DNA from: Acidobacteriota bacterium
GTDB taxonomy: Bacteria > Acidobacteriota > UBA6911
Assembly (NCBI GenBank): GCA_963664705.1
Contig: OY761556.1
Span: 1,376,001 to 1,440,000, forward strand
Direction of reading: 5' to 3'
Length of the DNA: 64,000 nucleotides
Shown: one piece after another, positions 10,175-19,215 of the stretch
How positions within the stretch are numbered: position 1 is the first letter of the stretch
How the letters are laid out: every line of letters begins with the position of its first letter
Made by a program: the position numbers and the translations under genes
The notes under the pieces: generated by a model
What the model saw: only the letters and a program-made list of their open reading frames with translations
What the model was told of the DNA's origin: nothing
The model's database searches: none

Positions 10175-10564
10175 CTAGGAGGGAGAAGGCGAACCGGGCT
10201 TGCACCAACCGTCTTTGCAAATCTCGCCGGGCGCGCAGCATTTATTGAAACAGACCACGCGGCTGGGCGGACAGCAGCCGTCGCTGACGCAAGTAGAGCC
10301 CGGCGGGCAGCAGCTTCCTTTGCAGACGGTGGATCCCTTCTCGCAGCATTTATTCCCGTTGAGGCACACCTGGGTATCGTTATTGCAGCAGCCATACCCG
10401 CAGGCGGTCTGGTTGGATGCGCACTTGGCGGCCGAAGCGGCGCGGACGCCCAGGAAGCCCAGAATGCCGGCGGACAGCCCCCCGGTAATCAGTTTGAGCG
10501 CCTGTCTGCGGGGCATGGATCCCGCCAGGGCTTTTGCCACGTCATCAATCAGATGATTTCCCAT
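10175..10564 (-). CDS. Tat-signal, Cys-rich small secreted protein
   Basis: MPRRQALK twin-arginine signal, ASA-A cleavage site, 18 Cys in repeated C...CC pattern; AGGAGG RBS. Confidence 0.8.
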   Translation of the reverse strand: MGNHLIDDVAKALAGSMPRRQALKLITGGLSAGILGFLGVRAASAAKCASNQTACGYGCCNNDTQVCLNGNKCCEKGSTVCKGSCCPPGSTCVSDGCCPPSRVVCFNKCCAPGEICKDGWCKPGSPSPS

Positions 10565-10573
10565 GATTCCTCC

Positions 10574-11788
10574 TTAAAATTTGTTAGACGTTGGACGTTG
10601 GGACGTTGGACGTTCCGCGTTCCACGTTCCGGCAATCCAACCGAGTACCATCGCATTGGCCGGGATATACAAATTAAAATCGACGAAACTATGCAACAGG
10701 ATGGCGGCCAGCGCCCCGATGCATGCGATATGCCCGGCCCGTATCGCCTGCCGGAATGCACTTCCGATCAAAACCGCCACAAGCAAAAATCCAATGATCC
10801 CCAATTCAATCATCGCCTGCACATAATCGTTATGTGCGTAATCCACGGTGTGTCCGGGAAGGATGTCCTTGATCTTGTAAAAGGCTGATTCAAAGCCTCC
10901 GAGGCCGCAGCCGAACGCGGCATATTTTTTGATCAGGGGCGGGGCCTGCTGCAGAAACAGCAGCCGTCCTCCCAGCGTGGACACCTGTTCTTCCGATGCT
11001 TCGGAGAATCGTTTGAAGAACGGATCGGGCGGCAGGTAAAGAAAAAGAAACAGCGCGCCCGCAAGGATCGGCACCGGCGCCACCCACTTAATCCAACGTT
11101 GAACGTTCAACGTTCCACGTTTAACGTTCAACGACAGTATTCCCATCAAACACAGCACACAGAGGGTCGTCAGGAACCCGCCGCGCGAGTAGGAGCAGAC
11201 AATTCCAGCAAAAATAATGCCGGCCGGAATCCAAAGCCACTTGTCGCGAAACGCGCCGACGACGGCGAACGGGAGAGACATTTCGAGCAGCCCGGCGAAG
11301 TGGTTGCGGTTGACGTAGGTGCCGTGCGCGCCGGTTTCCGCGTTCATGGCCATGATGCCGAGAGCCGCTTCGATGGCTGCGACGATGATGATCGGGAGTG
11401 CCGCCCAGCGGCTTTTCATCCCGCGGATCGTGAAGTAGACGGCAATATAGGCCAGGATGCGCAGCAGATGCTCGAACGTCGCTGCCGGCTTAATGCTGGT
11501 GACGAAAAACTGGGCGAGCGCGTAGCAGGGAAGGAGAAGCATAAACGTTGGACGTTTCAACGTTGGACGTTGGACGTTGGGACGTTGGGACGATGGGACG
11601 TGGGACGTTGGACGTTGGGACGTTGGACGTTGGAACGTTGGAACGTTGAACATCCAGTAGGTTGCGCAAACGATGCCGAATCCCAGCAGACACCAGTGCC
11701 ACTGCGCCGTCTGCACCCCTCCGTCGCAATACACGGCGTACGCCAGCACCACTCCTAACCCAGCAAGCGTCAGCGTGTGTCCGCGCAT
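10574..11788 (-). CDS. O-antigen ligase / Wzy_C family protein carrying in-frame ACGT-repeat insertions
   Basis: GTYVNRNHFAGLLEM, SYSRGG, G.GLGGF, AHNDYVQ, HSFVDFNL. Confidence 0.88.
   Translation of the reverse strand: MRGHTLTLAGLGVVLAYAVYCDGGVQTAQWHWCLLGFGIVCATYWMFNVPTFQRPTSQRPTSHVPSSQRPNVQRPTLKRPTFMLLLPCYALAQFFVTSIKPAATFEHLLRILAYIAVYFTIRGMKSRWAALPIIIVAAIEAALGIMAMNAETGAHGTYVNRNHFAGLLEMSLPFAVVGAFRDKWLWIPAGIIFAGIVCSYSRGGFLTTLCVLCLMGILSLNVKRGTLNVQRWIKWVAPVPILAGALFLFLYLPPDPFFKRFSEASEEQVSTLGGRLLFLQQAPPLIKKYAAFGCGLGGFESAFYKIKDILPGHTVDYAHNDYVQAMIELGIIGFLLVAVLIGSAFRQAIRAGHIACIGALAAILLHSFVDFNLYIPANAMVLGWIAGTWNAERPTSQRPTSNKF
11543..11650. repeat. Intragenic ACGT-core tract (further tracts at 11092-11133 and 10582-10630)
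   Basis: Encodes NVPTFQRPTSQRPTSHVPSSQRPNVQRPTLKRPTF in the ligase frame. Confidence 0.9.
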
Positions 11789-13497
11789 GTCAGCGTCCGT
11801 CCGCGGTTCCAAGATTGTGAATAAAGCCCCTCACCACTAATCAAGTCCTCATGTTTCCCGGTTTCGACAATCTCCCCGCCCACCATTACATGAATCCTAT
11901 CCGCCCACATTGCGGTAGAGAGGCGGTGGGTAATGACGAGGACGGTTTGTCCGCGGGTATTTTCGCGCAGCCGTTCCACCCAATCCGCTTCCGCCCACGA
12001 ATCCATGGCGCTTGTCGGCTCGTCGAGCAGGAGGATCGGGGACTTCCGCAGGAAGGCCCTTGCCAGGGCGATCCGCTGCCATTCCCCGACACTCAATTCC
12101 TCGCCATTTTCGAACCATTTGCCGAGCAGGGTGTCGTATCCGAGCTTCAACCGTGCGATGGGATCGACGGCGCCGGCGGCCTCGGCGGCTTCGTGGATGG
12201 CGGCGATGGAGGCGTTGCGATTGAGCGCGATATTGGCGGCAACGGTGGCGTTGTAGTGGACCGGCTGCTGAAACAGGACGGTCACGGCTCTGCGCAATTC
12301 ATCGAGTTTGACGTTTCGCAGATCGATCCCGTCGAGGCAGACTTTTCCCTGGTCGGGGTCGTAGAACCGGCAGATCAGTTTGATGAGCGTGCTTTTGCCG
12401 GCGCCGTTGGCTCCGACGATGGCGGTGATTTTTCCGGCCGGCAGGTGCAGGTTGAAATTCTGCAGCGCGAACCGCTCGCTTCCGGGGTATTGGAAGCTGA
12501 CGTTCTCGAAAGTAATCCCTTTCCGCACGCAGGACGGCAGACAGGCGGGCTTCGGGGAATCGACCACCTTCGGCTTCATTTCAAGGAAATCGAAAAGGTT
12601 TCCGAGGAAGAGGCTGTTGCTGTAGATCTGTCCCAGGTTCTGGAGCAGGGAACGCATCAGGCCCTGGCCGCGGTCGAAGGCCTGGTAGAAGAGCGCCAGG
12701 TCGCCGAAGGTGAGCGCTCCGGCCATGACTTTGGCGGCCATCCACACGAGGGCTCCGCCGGAGAGCAGAAGGCCGGCGGCTCCGGCGCCGAGTTCGGCGA
12801 CGCTCTGGTTGGCGGCGAGGCGCAGGCGCTGGCCGCGCAGGAGCTGGCGCAGCGACTGAAACAGATCGCGGAAATGGCTGCCAAGGCCGAACAGGCGCAC
12901 TTCGGCGGCAGTGTCGCCGGAGGTCAGGATCCAGTCGTAGTACCAGGTGCGCCGTTCGTTGGCGGTGTTCTTCTCCCACAGCCGGTGATTCTTCAGCGTG
13001 AAGTGGATCACGACATACAGCGCGGGCAGGGTGGAGAGGAACAGGGCGGTAGGGATCCAGAGGCCGTAGGGCATCAGGATGCCGAGCATGGCGGCGAGGG
13101 TGATGCCGTTCTGGAGCAGACTCCCCATATTTTCGAGCAGCGCGATGGGGCGATAGGTGGCTTCGCCGCGGGCGCGGTGCAGGCGGTCGTAGAATTCGGG
13201 CTGATCGTAGAATGCGAGGTCGGCGGAGACTGATTTCTCGTGGATCAGGGAATAGATGTGATCCTGCACCCGCTCGGATTGCACGGACTTGATCCAGTTG
13301 GCCCCGCTGCGCAGCAGTTCGGTCAGAAGAAGCACGATGCCGATAACCGCGCCGAACAGGATCGTCGCGTGCAATTGCCGCCCGACCAGGGCGTTTACCA
13401 GTGACCGGCTGAAGTACACGGTTGCTGCGGGCAGTAATCCCTGGATGATGAGGATGATTCCCCAGGCAATTGTCCAACCGCGTGCAGCGTTCCACAC
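11770..13497 (-). CDS. ABC exporter, fused TMD + ATPase
   Basis: GANGAGKST, LSVGEWQRIALARA, LLLDEPTS, ITHRLS; start uncertain (GTG); short ACGT tract at 13507-13543. Confidence 0.92.
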   Translation of the reverse strand: MWNAARGWTIAWGIILIIQGLLPAATVYFSRSLVNALVGRQLHATILFGAVIGIVLLLTELLRSGANWIKSVQSERVQDHIYSLIHEKSVSADLAFYDQPEFYDRLHRARGEATYRPIALLENMGSLLQNGITLAAMLGILMPYGLWIPTALFLSTLPALYVVIHFTLKNHRLWEKNTANERRTWYYDWILTSGDTAAEVRLFGLGSHFRDLFQSLRQLLRGQRLRLAANQSVAELGAGAAGLLLSGGALVWMAAKVMAGALTFGDLALFYQAFDRGQGLMRSLLQNLGQIYSNSLFLGNLFDFLEMKPKVVDSPKPACLPSCVRKGITFENVSFQYPGSERFALQNFNLHLPAGKITAIVGANGAGKSTLIKLICRFYDPDQGKVCLDGIDLRNVKLDELRRAVTVLFQQPVHYNATVAANIALNRNASIAAIHEAAEAAGAVDPIARLKLGYDTLLGKWFENGEELSVGEWQRIALARAFLRKSPILLLDEPTSAMDSWAEADWVERLRENTRGQTVLVITHRLSTAMWADRIHVMVGGEIVETGKHEDLISGEGLYSQSWNRGRTLTCADTR

Positions 13498-13607
13498 TAA
13501 TTCCGTTGCACGTCGGACGGCGAACGTTGGACGTTGGACGTTGGCCGTTGCCCGTTTTATTATCTTTTTAATCGAAATAATCTCGGTCCCGATGAAACAT
13601 TCAGATC

Positions 13608-14129
13608 ATGAGGAATTCGAACATTCTTGCCGTGCCGACTGATTCAATCGAGCGTCGCATTTACCTGATCCGTGGCATGAAAGTTATCATTGACTCGGAT
13701 TTAGCGGAATTGTATCAAGTGCTTACAAAAAACCTCAATCTTGCCGTCCGAAGAAACCTGGATCGCTTTCCGGAAGATTTTATGTTTCGCCTCACGAAAG
13801 ATGAGGCTGTTTGTTTGAGGTTGCAATCTGCAACCTCAAACACATCCCGCGGAGGCCGCCGATATCTTCCCTATGCCTTCACAGAGCACGGTGTAGCGAT
13901 GCTATCTGCAGTTCTTAAAAGTGAGCGCGCTGTGCAGATGAGCATCTTCATCATTCGTGCTTTTGTCAAAATCAGAGAGGTTCTTGCTACCCACCATGAT
14001 TTGGCGAAGAAAATAGATGAACTGGAGCGTGAGCAGAAGGACCAGGGACGTCAACTTGCGGCAGTGTACTCCGTTGTAAAAAGGCTGATCGATACGCCGT
14101 CAACCCGCAAAAACCCCATCGGTTTTTAA
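13608..14129 (+). CDS. ORF6N-domain DNA-binding protein
   Basis: IRGMKVIIDSDLAELY, VRRNLDRFPEDFMF, PYAFTEHGVAMLS, C-terminal PIGF. Confidence 0.92.
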   Translation: MRNSNILAVPTDSIERRIYLIRGMKVIIDSDLAELYQVLTKNLNLAVRRNLDRFPEDFMFRLTKDEAVCLRLQSATSNTSRGGRRYLPYAFTEHGVAMLSAVLKSERAVQMSIFIIRAFVKIREVLATHHDLAKKIDELEREQKDQGRQLAAVYSVVKRLIDTPSTRKNPIGF

Positions 14130-14134
14130 AACAC

Positions 14135-14236
14135 TCAACGTCCCACGTCCCACGTCCAACGTGCTTTTCAACGTCCAACGTCTCAACGTCCAACGGGTTT
14201 TCCAACGTCCAACGTGCTTTTCAACGTCCAACGTTC
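14135..14236 (-). repeat. ACGT-core tract between convergent ORF6N and phosphatase genes
   Basis: caacgtcccacgtcccacgtccaacg... Confidence 0.9.
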
Positions 14237-14773
14237 CTATCCTACCGTCACCCAACATCCTGCAACGTTAATTTCGACCTCGGTCTTTTTTTTCGTCGGC
14301 GACGTCAATCTCAGCAAGCTTTCATATTTATGAAGTACGTTGAGGTACGGCATGCAATCCCGTCTTGAGACCAGGTAATCGTAGGATTCCTTTGCGGGCC
14401 GGCCGAAGACTTTCATCAGGTAGGCGGCGGCGACCGTTGGGCTGCGATTAACGCCGGCAGTGCAATGGAGGTAGACCTTGGTCCAATTGAGTGCGAGCAC
14501 GGCTTCTAATTTATCGACGAGATGAGGGAGTTGATGGGCGAGTAAATCTTCGTTGAAATCGGGCACCGGCAGGCGCAGGAGTTCGATATCTACGGCATCG
14601 AGGGCTTTTTCCAGTTTTTTGAGATTGATCCGGCAGCTCTTGATGTCATGGTCGCTTTGCAGGTTGATGACGGTGGTGACTCCCAGCCGCCAGAGTTGTT
14701 TTGCATCTTTATGGTCGATGAATCGTCCGACCCAAAGCTGTCCCTGAATAATCTCGTTATAATCAAATAGCAT
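14237..14773 (-). CDS. Dual-specificity phosphatase (laforin/SEX4-like)
   Basis: HCTAGVNRS active-site loop, PDF acid loop, VINLQ. Confidence 0.88.
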   Translation of the reverse strand: MLFDYNEIIQGQLWVGRFIDHKDAKQLWRLGVTTVINLQSDHDIKSCRINLKKLEKALDAVDIELLRLPVPDFNEDLLAHQLPHLVDKLEAVLALNWTKVYLHCTAGVNRSPTVAAAYLMKVFGRPAKESYDYLVSRRDCMPYLNVLHKYESLLRLTSPTKKKTEVEINVAGCWVTVG

Positions 14774-14790
14774 TTCTCATCTCAATCTCT

Positions 14791-14822
14791 CGTTCAACGT
14801 CCACGTCCAACGTTCAACGTTC
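14791..14822 (-). repeat. Short ACGT-core tract, the last before the repeat-free central block
   Basis: cgttcaacgtccacgtccaacgttcaacgtt. Confidence 0.8.
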
Positions 14823-14867
14823 CTCTCTCCGCTCTGCGGACCAGACGTCCCCTGACAAAATAATAAG

Positions 14868-15368
14868 TCAATTGTCTTTTAGCTTTCTTGCAGGGTTTGT
14901 GAATAAACCTCGAGAATAGAAAAAATTTGAGCTTTTCTTAAGGCTATGTAGAGTTTGAAGAAACACTTGTCCGAATGGGAAGGTTCTTGCCCAGATCCAT
15001 CCCCAGAAACGCCAATGAAAGTTTTTAAGATAGACAGTGCTATTGCCAGATTGCAGGATGACGGCTTTTCCCAGAATCGCTTCTTCTTCAAAAGGACCCT
15101 CCGATTGTCCTTGAGCATCCCCTGCGAGGTAGAAGAATCTATCGTTGTGCGAAATAACTCGGTGAAGGACATAAGGGCCGTTACTCCGACGCGCGAGAAC
15201 AATGTCCCCAATTGTTATTTGTTGGCCTGCGGTGCTTTCGAGTTCCACGATCGCCCCATGGCGGAGTAATGGCCACATGCTGCTGCCTGGTGCGCTGATT
15301 CGTACTCTGATACCGCTGCCCAGCAAATCTGTAATCAACGGCGCCAATGTATTTATAGGGACGATCAT
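14868..15368 (-). CDS. S24/S26-family peptidase (putative leader peptidase)
   Basis: GSSMWP, GDIVL, VLHRV, GDA motifs. Confidence 0.8.
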   Translation of the reverse strand: MIVPINTLAPLITDLLGSGIRVRISAPGSSMWPLLRHGAIVELESTAGQQITIGDIVLARRSNGPYVLHRVISHNDRFFYLAGDAQGQSEGPFEEEAILGKAVILQSGNSTVYLKNFHWRFWGWIWARTFPFGQVFLQTLHSLKKSSNFFYSRGLFTNPARKLKDN

Positions 15369-16243
15369 AGCACCGACCTGACCAATGAAATTACCGTAGG
15401 CTCTGGGCGACACTTAAGCAAATAAACTGGAATGCTCTCTGCAATCATCTTGATATTGTTTACGGCGATGCTCATCAGTTCAGCATCCCAATAGGGCAGA
15501 AAAGAGCGAGCAAGAAGTAGCGGTATCGAGGTCTTGGCTGCAAGGAGGTGGATCGAATTCGTAGTCGCCTTTTCAAGCACGCAAATTGCTTTCAAATCAG
15601 CCTGATGATTTTTTGCAATGTTTGCGCTGCCACCCCAAGGAGTGCCATAAATCCATGATCCACTCTTGTTAACTCGGATCGCAACGCGATCATCGTTAAC
15701 TGGGATCACACCCTCTGCCTTCGCCCAAAGGCAGGACTGGGTGCTCTTGCCAGCGCCAGAATGTCCCACAAATACGATTCCCTTGCCATTGTCATCAAGG
15801 CCACTTGCATGTAGGACTATGCCATTTGTAAAAAGTATTCTAGTTCTGACGATCAACTCCCCGGCTCCAAGGGCTAAAAGGCTATGCCACCGAGGTCCAT
15901 TGCGCCTTTCAATAATCTCTGTTTGGCTCCAATCTGAATTTGACCTCAGAATGGCTCTTGCAGTGTACAAGGGCATCTTAGAACAGTAATGAATAAAGGC
16001 CGTGAATTGTTCACTATCCTTTTTGTAATACATCTGCCAGATACTTCCAGGGTCATAGACTAAATTACCCTCCGGTTTGATGACGCCAGGCGTGTCTTGC
16101 CATTGCAGAGATGTTGTTGCCGATGGAGATCCAAAGTCTCCCAAGAAAGGCCCAAGCTTCTTCTCAATCCGCAGATCCGAAATCGGCCGCGAACTGCAGA
16201 GGCGAATTTGAAGTCCAGCGATTGTTAGGTTTGCGAGGTACAT
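15365..16243 (-). CDS. HPr-kinase-related P-loop protein (ScmC-like)
   Basis: LHASG, GHSGAGKST, NDDR, YGTPWGG; TAATG coupling to the rSAM gene. Confidence 0.8.
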   Translation of the reverse strand: MYLANLTIAGLQIRLCSSRPISDLRIEKKLGPFLGDFGSPSATTSLQWQDTPGVIKPEGNLVYDPGSIWQMYYKKDSEQFTAFIHYCSKMPLYTARAILRSNSDWSQTEIIERRNGPRWHSLLALGAGELIVRTRILFTNGIVLHASGLDDNGKGIVFVGHSGAGKSTQSCLWAKAEGVIPVNDDRVAIRVNKSGSWIYGTPWGGSANIAKNHQADLKAICVLEKATTNSIHLLAAKTSIPLLLARSFLPYWDAELMSIAVNNIKMIAESIPVYLLKCRPEPTVISLVRSVL

Positions 16244-17301
16244 TAGGCTCGTTTTTGCATTTGGTCGCGTCGCGCTCTGGCTATTGCGCAAAAATATGGT
16301 GCCGGAGTTGTCGTGTCCCCTGATTCTAGCCAAAGAAAAGCGGGACATTGAGGACAATTGCTTTTTAGTTCACAGGAATTGCATGCTGAAATCGGGACCT
16401 CCGAGGTTGCAAAATTGGTCAAAGCCTTCCATGCTTTATCAAAGCCTATTCTGAGCGGTCTTACGGAGGGATAGGGAAAATCGATACAGACATTCATTTC
16501 TCCCTTCGCTGTAAGATGGAAACTGTTTTGGCCAGCCCCGCATTCAAAAGCACCGAGTGGTAGAGTATCGGTACCTTTGCCTGCTTGCATCGAGGATACT
16601 GTCTTTTGTGCCTGTTCCAACTCAATGACTTCCTCATAAGAAAGCCTTGAATTCTCAGCGTTTGAATATTGGCCGTCACGGCGCTTTGTCAGTAACCATG
16701 CATATCTGAATACGGCACCCCACTGGTGGGCCATGCTTCGCATGGTTTCAAGCTCTCCTAAATTCTCCTTTGTTAAGGTTGTTTTCAATATCAGGGGAAC
16801 TCCTGCGGTCCGGAGGTTCTCGATCCCAGACATGCAACGGTTATAGCTTCCCTTCGTACCTGTGATTTGCTCATAAATGCTTTCACTCGCTCCGTAGAGC
16901 GTTATTTCAAGACGGTTAGGAGGCATCTTGGCCAAACGGTTAGCGGTTTCCCTTGTAATCAGTGTCCCGTTCGTAAATAGCGCAAGTATTAGCCCCATCC
17001 TTCGGATCGGTTCATATATTTCCCAAAAATCCGTGCGTACGAATGGTTCGCCTCCGGATAGCAATAAAAACACCAGCCCATGTTCGACCGCCTCACTTGC
17101 CATCCGAACCCATTCGATTGCCGAAAGCTCCTTCAGCTGCTCCGAATTATCCTCGCAAAGGTCGTGAATGTAGCATATGCCACAGTTCAGATTGCATCGG
17201 GTTGTTAGCTCAAAAGTTCCCTCCACAGGTTGACATTTCCTTAAGGAAACTTTTGAAAGGGAATCGAGTAAAGGGCCGTACTCAGAAGGTAGTTGTGACA
17301 T
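16243..17301 (-). CDS. Radical SAM / SPASM-domain peptide maturase
   Basis: CNLNCGIC, SGGEP, FTNGTLI; C-terminal CGAG...C...CNSC.....CPQCP...C. Confidence 0.92.
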   Translation of the reverse strand: MSQLPSEYGPLLDSLSKVSLRKCQPVEGTFELTTRCNLNCGICYIHDLCEDNSEQLKELSAIEWVRMASEAVEHGLVFLLLSGGEPFVRTDFWEIYEPIRRMGLILALFTNGTLITRETANRLAKMPPNRLEITLYGASESIYEQITGTKGSYNRCMSGIENLRTAGVPLILKTTLTKENLGELETMRSMAHQWGAVFRYAWLLTKRRDGQYSNAENSRLSYEEVIELEQAQKTVSSMQAGKGTDTLPLGAFECGAGQNSFHLTAKGEMNVCIDFPYPSVRPLRIGFDKAWKALTNFATSEVPISACNSCELKSNCPQCPAFLWLESGDTTTPAPYFCAIARARRDQMQKRA

Positions 17302-17566
17302 TTGACAGCAAACCCATCTGGTTCGCTTGATCAAGAAATTGCTGAATATCACATTGAGCTTCGGCAATCCCTACGTCATAGCGGTCCGCTAATTCATGAG
17401 CAAGTTGTTCCAAATCATGTTGCCCGTCAAGAAGCCTCCATAGGCATTCGCCTACGCTGTTTAGAATCAGAATACCATTGAGGTTCACAACTTGGGAGCC
17501 TGTTGGAATGATTATGCTCTGCTCACCGATTTCTCTAAGAATAACATCGTTCTTTGCCTTCCACAT
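17282..17566 (-). CDS. PqqD-family RiPP recognition element
   Basis: LREIGE..IIIP, LNSVG..LWRLLDG, LADRYDV...A..DI..FL; GGAGG RBS. Confidence 0.9.
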   Translation of the reverse strand: MWKAKNDVILREIGEQSIIIPTGSQVVNLNGILILNSVGECLWRLLDGQHDLEQLAHELADRYDVGIAEAQCDIQQFLDQANQMGLLSNVTTTF

Positions 17567-17706
17567 GTTGAATCGTGTTCCCTCCAGATCGGTTTCGGAT
17601 TGGCTAGGTCTACACAAAAATCTCTTTGTAGGTGGAAACGGACTCGTCTGATATAAGGCAATGCGAGCGTTTCTCCCTAATAGTCATACTCAAGTGGAAA
17701 TGATGA

Positions 17707-17874
17707 TCAAGATTTTTGAGTGGGTCCAGCGCTGCATCCGCTTGTACTATGATTTCCTGCGCCGGGGCATTTTACGCAGGACATGAGCCTCTCTTCTACT
17801 TTCAGTTCTACAAATTCAATTTTGGGTTTTTCATAGGGCAGTTTTGAGGATGCTTTTTTCTGCTCGGTGGGCAT
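17707..17874 (-). CDS. Putative RiPP precursor peptide (55 aa)
   Basis: MPTEQKKASSKLPYEKPKIEFVELKVEERLMSCVKCPGAGNHSTSGCSAGPTQKS; YxxPxI leader, small-residue core with 3 Cys, GGAGGAAGGA RBS, first gene before PqqD. Confidence 0.8.
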   Translation of the reverse strand: MPTEQKKASSKLPYEKPKIEFVELKVEERLMSCVKCPGAGNHSTSGCSAGPTQKS

Positions 17875-18027
17875 GGTTCCTTCCTCCAACTTTAAGATTT
17901 TAATGGTTGTAGCGCACAAATGACTGGATTCACAGCTCTCCTATTGAATCCCGATGCAGTTGGCTGCCCAAAGAATGCATTGGGTACTTTCGAACACTAT
18001 CACAGATATGATATTTTCATTTGCACA

Positions 18028-19179
18028 ATGGGACGAATTGAACACCTTCTGCTGGTCAATGCTGCTTGCTTTGATGATTCTAAACGAGACGCATTTTTGT
18101 CCGGAATTCCTGGGCAGGACATTGATTGGGAGTATGTATTGCGATGCGCTGATCTGCACCGAATGACCAACTTGTTTTATCGTCATTTGACAGACAACCT
18201 TCATGCATTTATCCCAAATCACATTTTGTGCCGCCTTCGAGAGCACTTTCGGAATAGCGCTATCCGCAATGCTCTTCAGACTGCAGAGCTTTTTTCTATC
18301 CTCGACTTATTCAAGGGAAACGGGATTAATGCAATCCCCTTTAAGGGCCCGGTGTTGTCTCTCGCCCTTTATTCAGATCCGGCAATTCGCGAATTCAGCG
18401 ATCTTGATATCCTTGTGCAAGAACACGATGTCTTCAAGGCATTAAGGCTTTTGCGAATACTAGAATATGAACAGATTCCTAATTATTCGCCTGCTGTCGA
18501 GCATCAAATTACAAAAAGGGAATATCACTATCACATTAGGAAACCGAGTGGGTCGAGCCTGGTTGAGATCCATTGGAATATCGCGCCCCATTATTTGGAT
18601 CTGCCAATTTCAATGGATGTCTGGTGGGAACACGCGACAACTATTAAAATGGATTATCGCTACGTTTTTAGTCTGTCACCAGAGGATTTGCTAATCGCGC
18701 TTTCAGTTCATGGAGCGAGACACAGGTGGGCCTCCCTCTGTTGGATTGCCGACGTCGCGCGATTATTAGCAATCTATCCAAGATTGGACTGGGATTATGT
18801 CCTTCATAAATATTGGCATCCCGAGATAAAACGCATTCTCTTCCTTTCGTTAAATCTCTCGCAAAAAATTCTGGCTGCGCATGTACCTGAAGAAGTACGC
18901 TTTCAGATTGGAACAGACCCAACTGTCATTCTTTTAACGGACCAGATATATCGGCGCATTTTCACAGCAGATATACAACCTACTGGTTCTTGTTCGGTGA
19001 TATTTGACCTTAAACTCAAAACCACCTTAACCCGCCGTCTAAGTTATTGCTTCCGCATCATGACTACGCCAACAATACTGGAATGGAAAAAGAAACTGCC
19101 GTGTTTATTTTTTCCTATTTACTTTGTTCTTCGCCCTCTAAGACTTCTCAGTAAATATCTGTTGGGTAAGCGGGACTGA
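18028..19179 (+). CDS. Nucleotidyltransferase (NTP_transf_5-like)
   Basis: PFKGPVL..LY, REFSDLDILV, VEIHW, WIADV. Confidence 0.88.
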   Translation: MGRIEHLLLVNAACFDDSKRDAFLSGIPGQDIDWEYVLRCADLHRMTNLFYRHLTDNLHAFIPNHILCRLREHFRNSAIRNALQTAELFSILDLFKGNGINAIPFKGPVLSLALYSDPAIREFSDLDILVQEHDVFKALRLLRILEYEQIPNYSPAVEHQITKREYHYHIRKPSGSSLVEIHWNIAPHYLDLPISMDVWWEHATTIKMDYRYVFSLSPEDLLIALSVHGARHRWASLCWIADVARLLAIYPRLDWDYVLHKYWHPEIKRILFLSLNLSQKILAAHVPEEVRFQIGTDPTVILLTDQIYRRIFTADIQPTGSCSVIFDLKLKTTLTRRLSYCFRIMTTPTILEWKKKLPCLFFPIYFVLRPLRLLSKYLLGKRD

Positions 19180-19215
19180 TAAGATGGGCAGGGCATCAAT
19201 GCAATGCTTTGTCAG

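Noticed and set aside
8379-10248. Repeated small ORFs (MHEKEPRQG..., MKRSEPPDW...)
   Set aside because: Translations of palindromic repeat DNA with no coding hallmarks.
14868-19179. Lasso peptide cluster
   Set aside because: No asparagine-synthetase-like cyclase or transglutaminase-like B2 protease; the maturase is an rSAM-SPASM enzyme.
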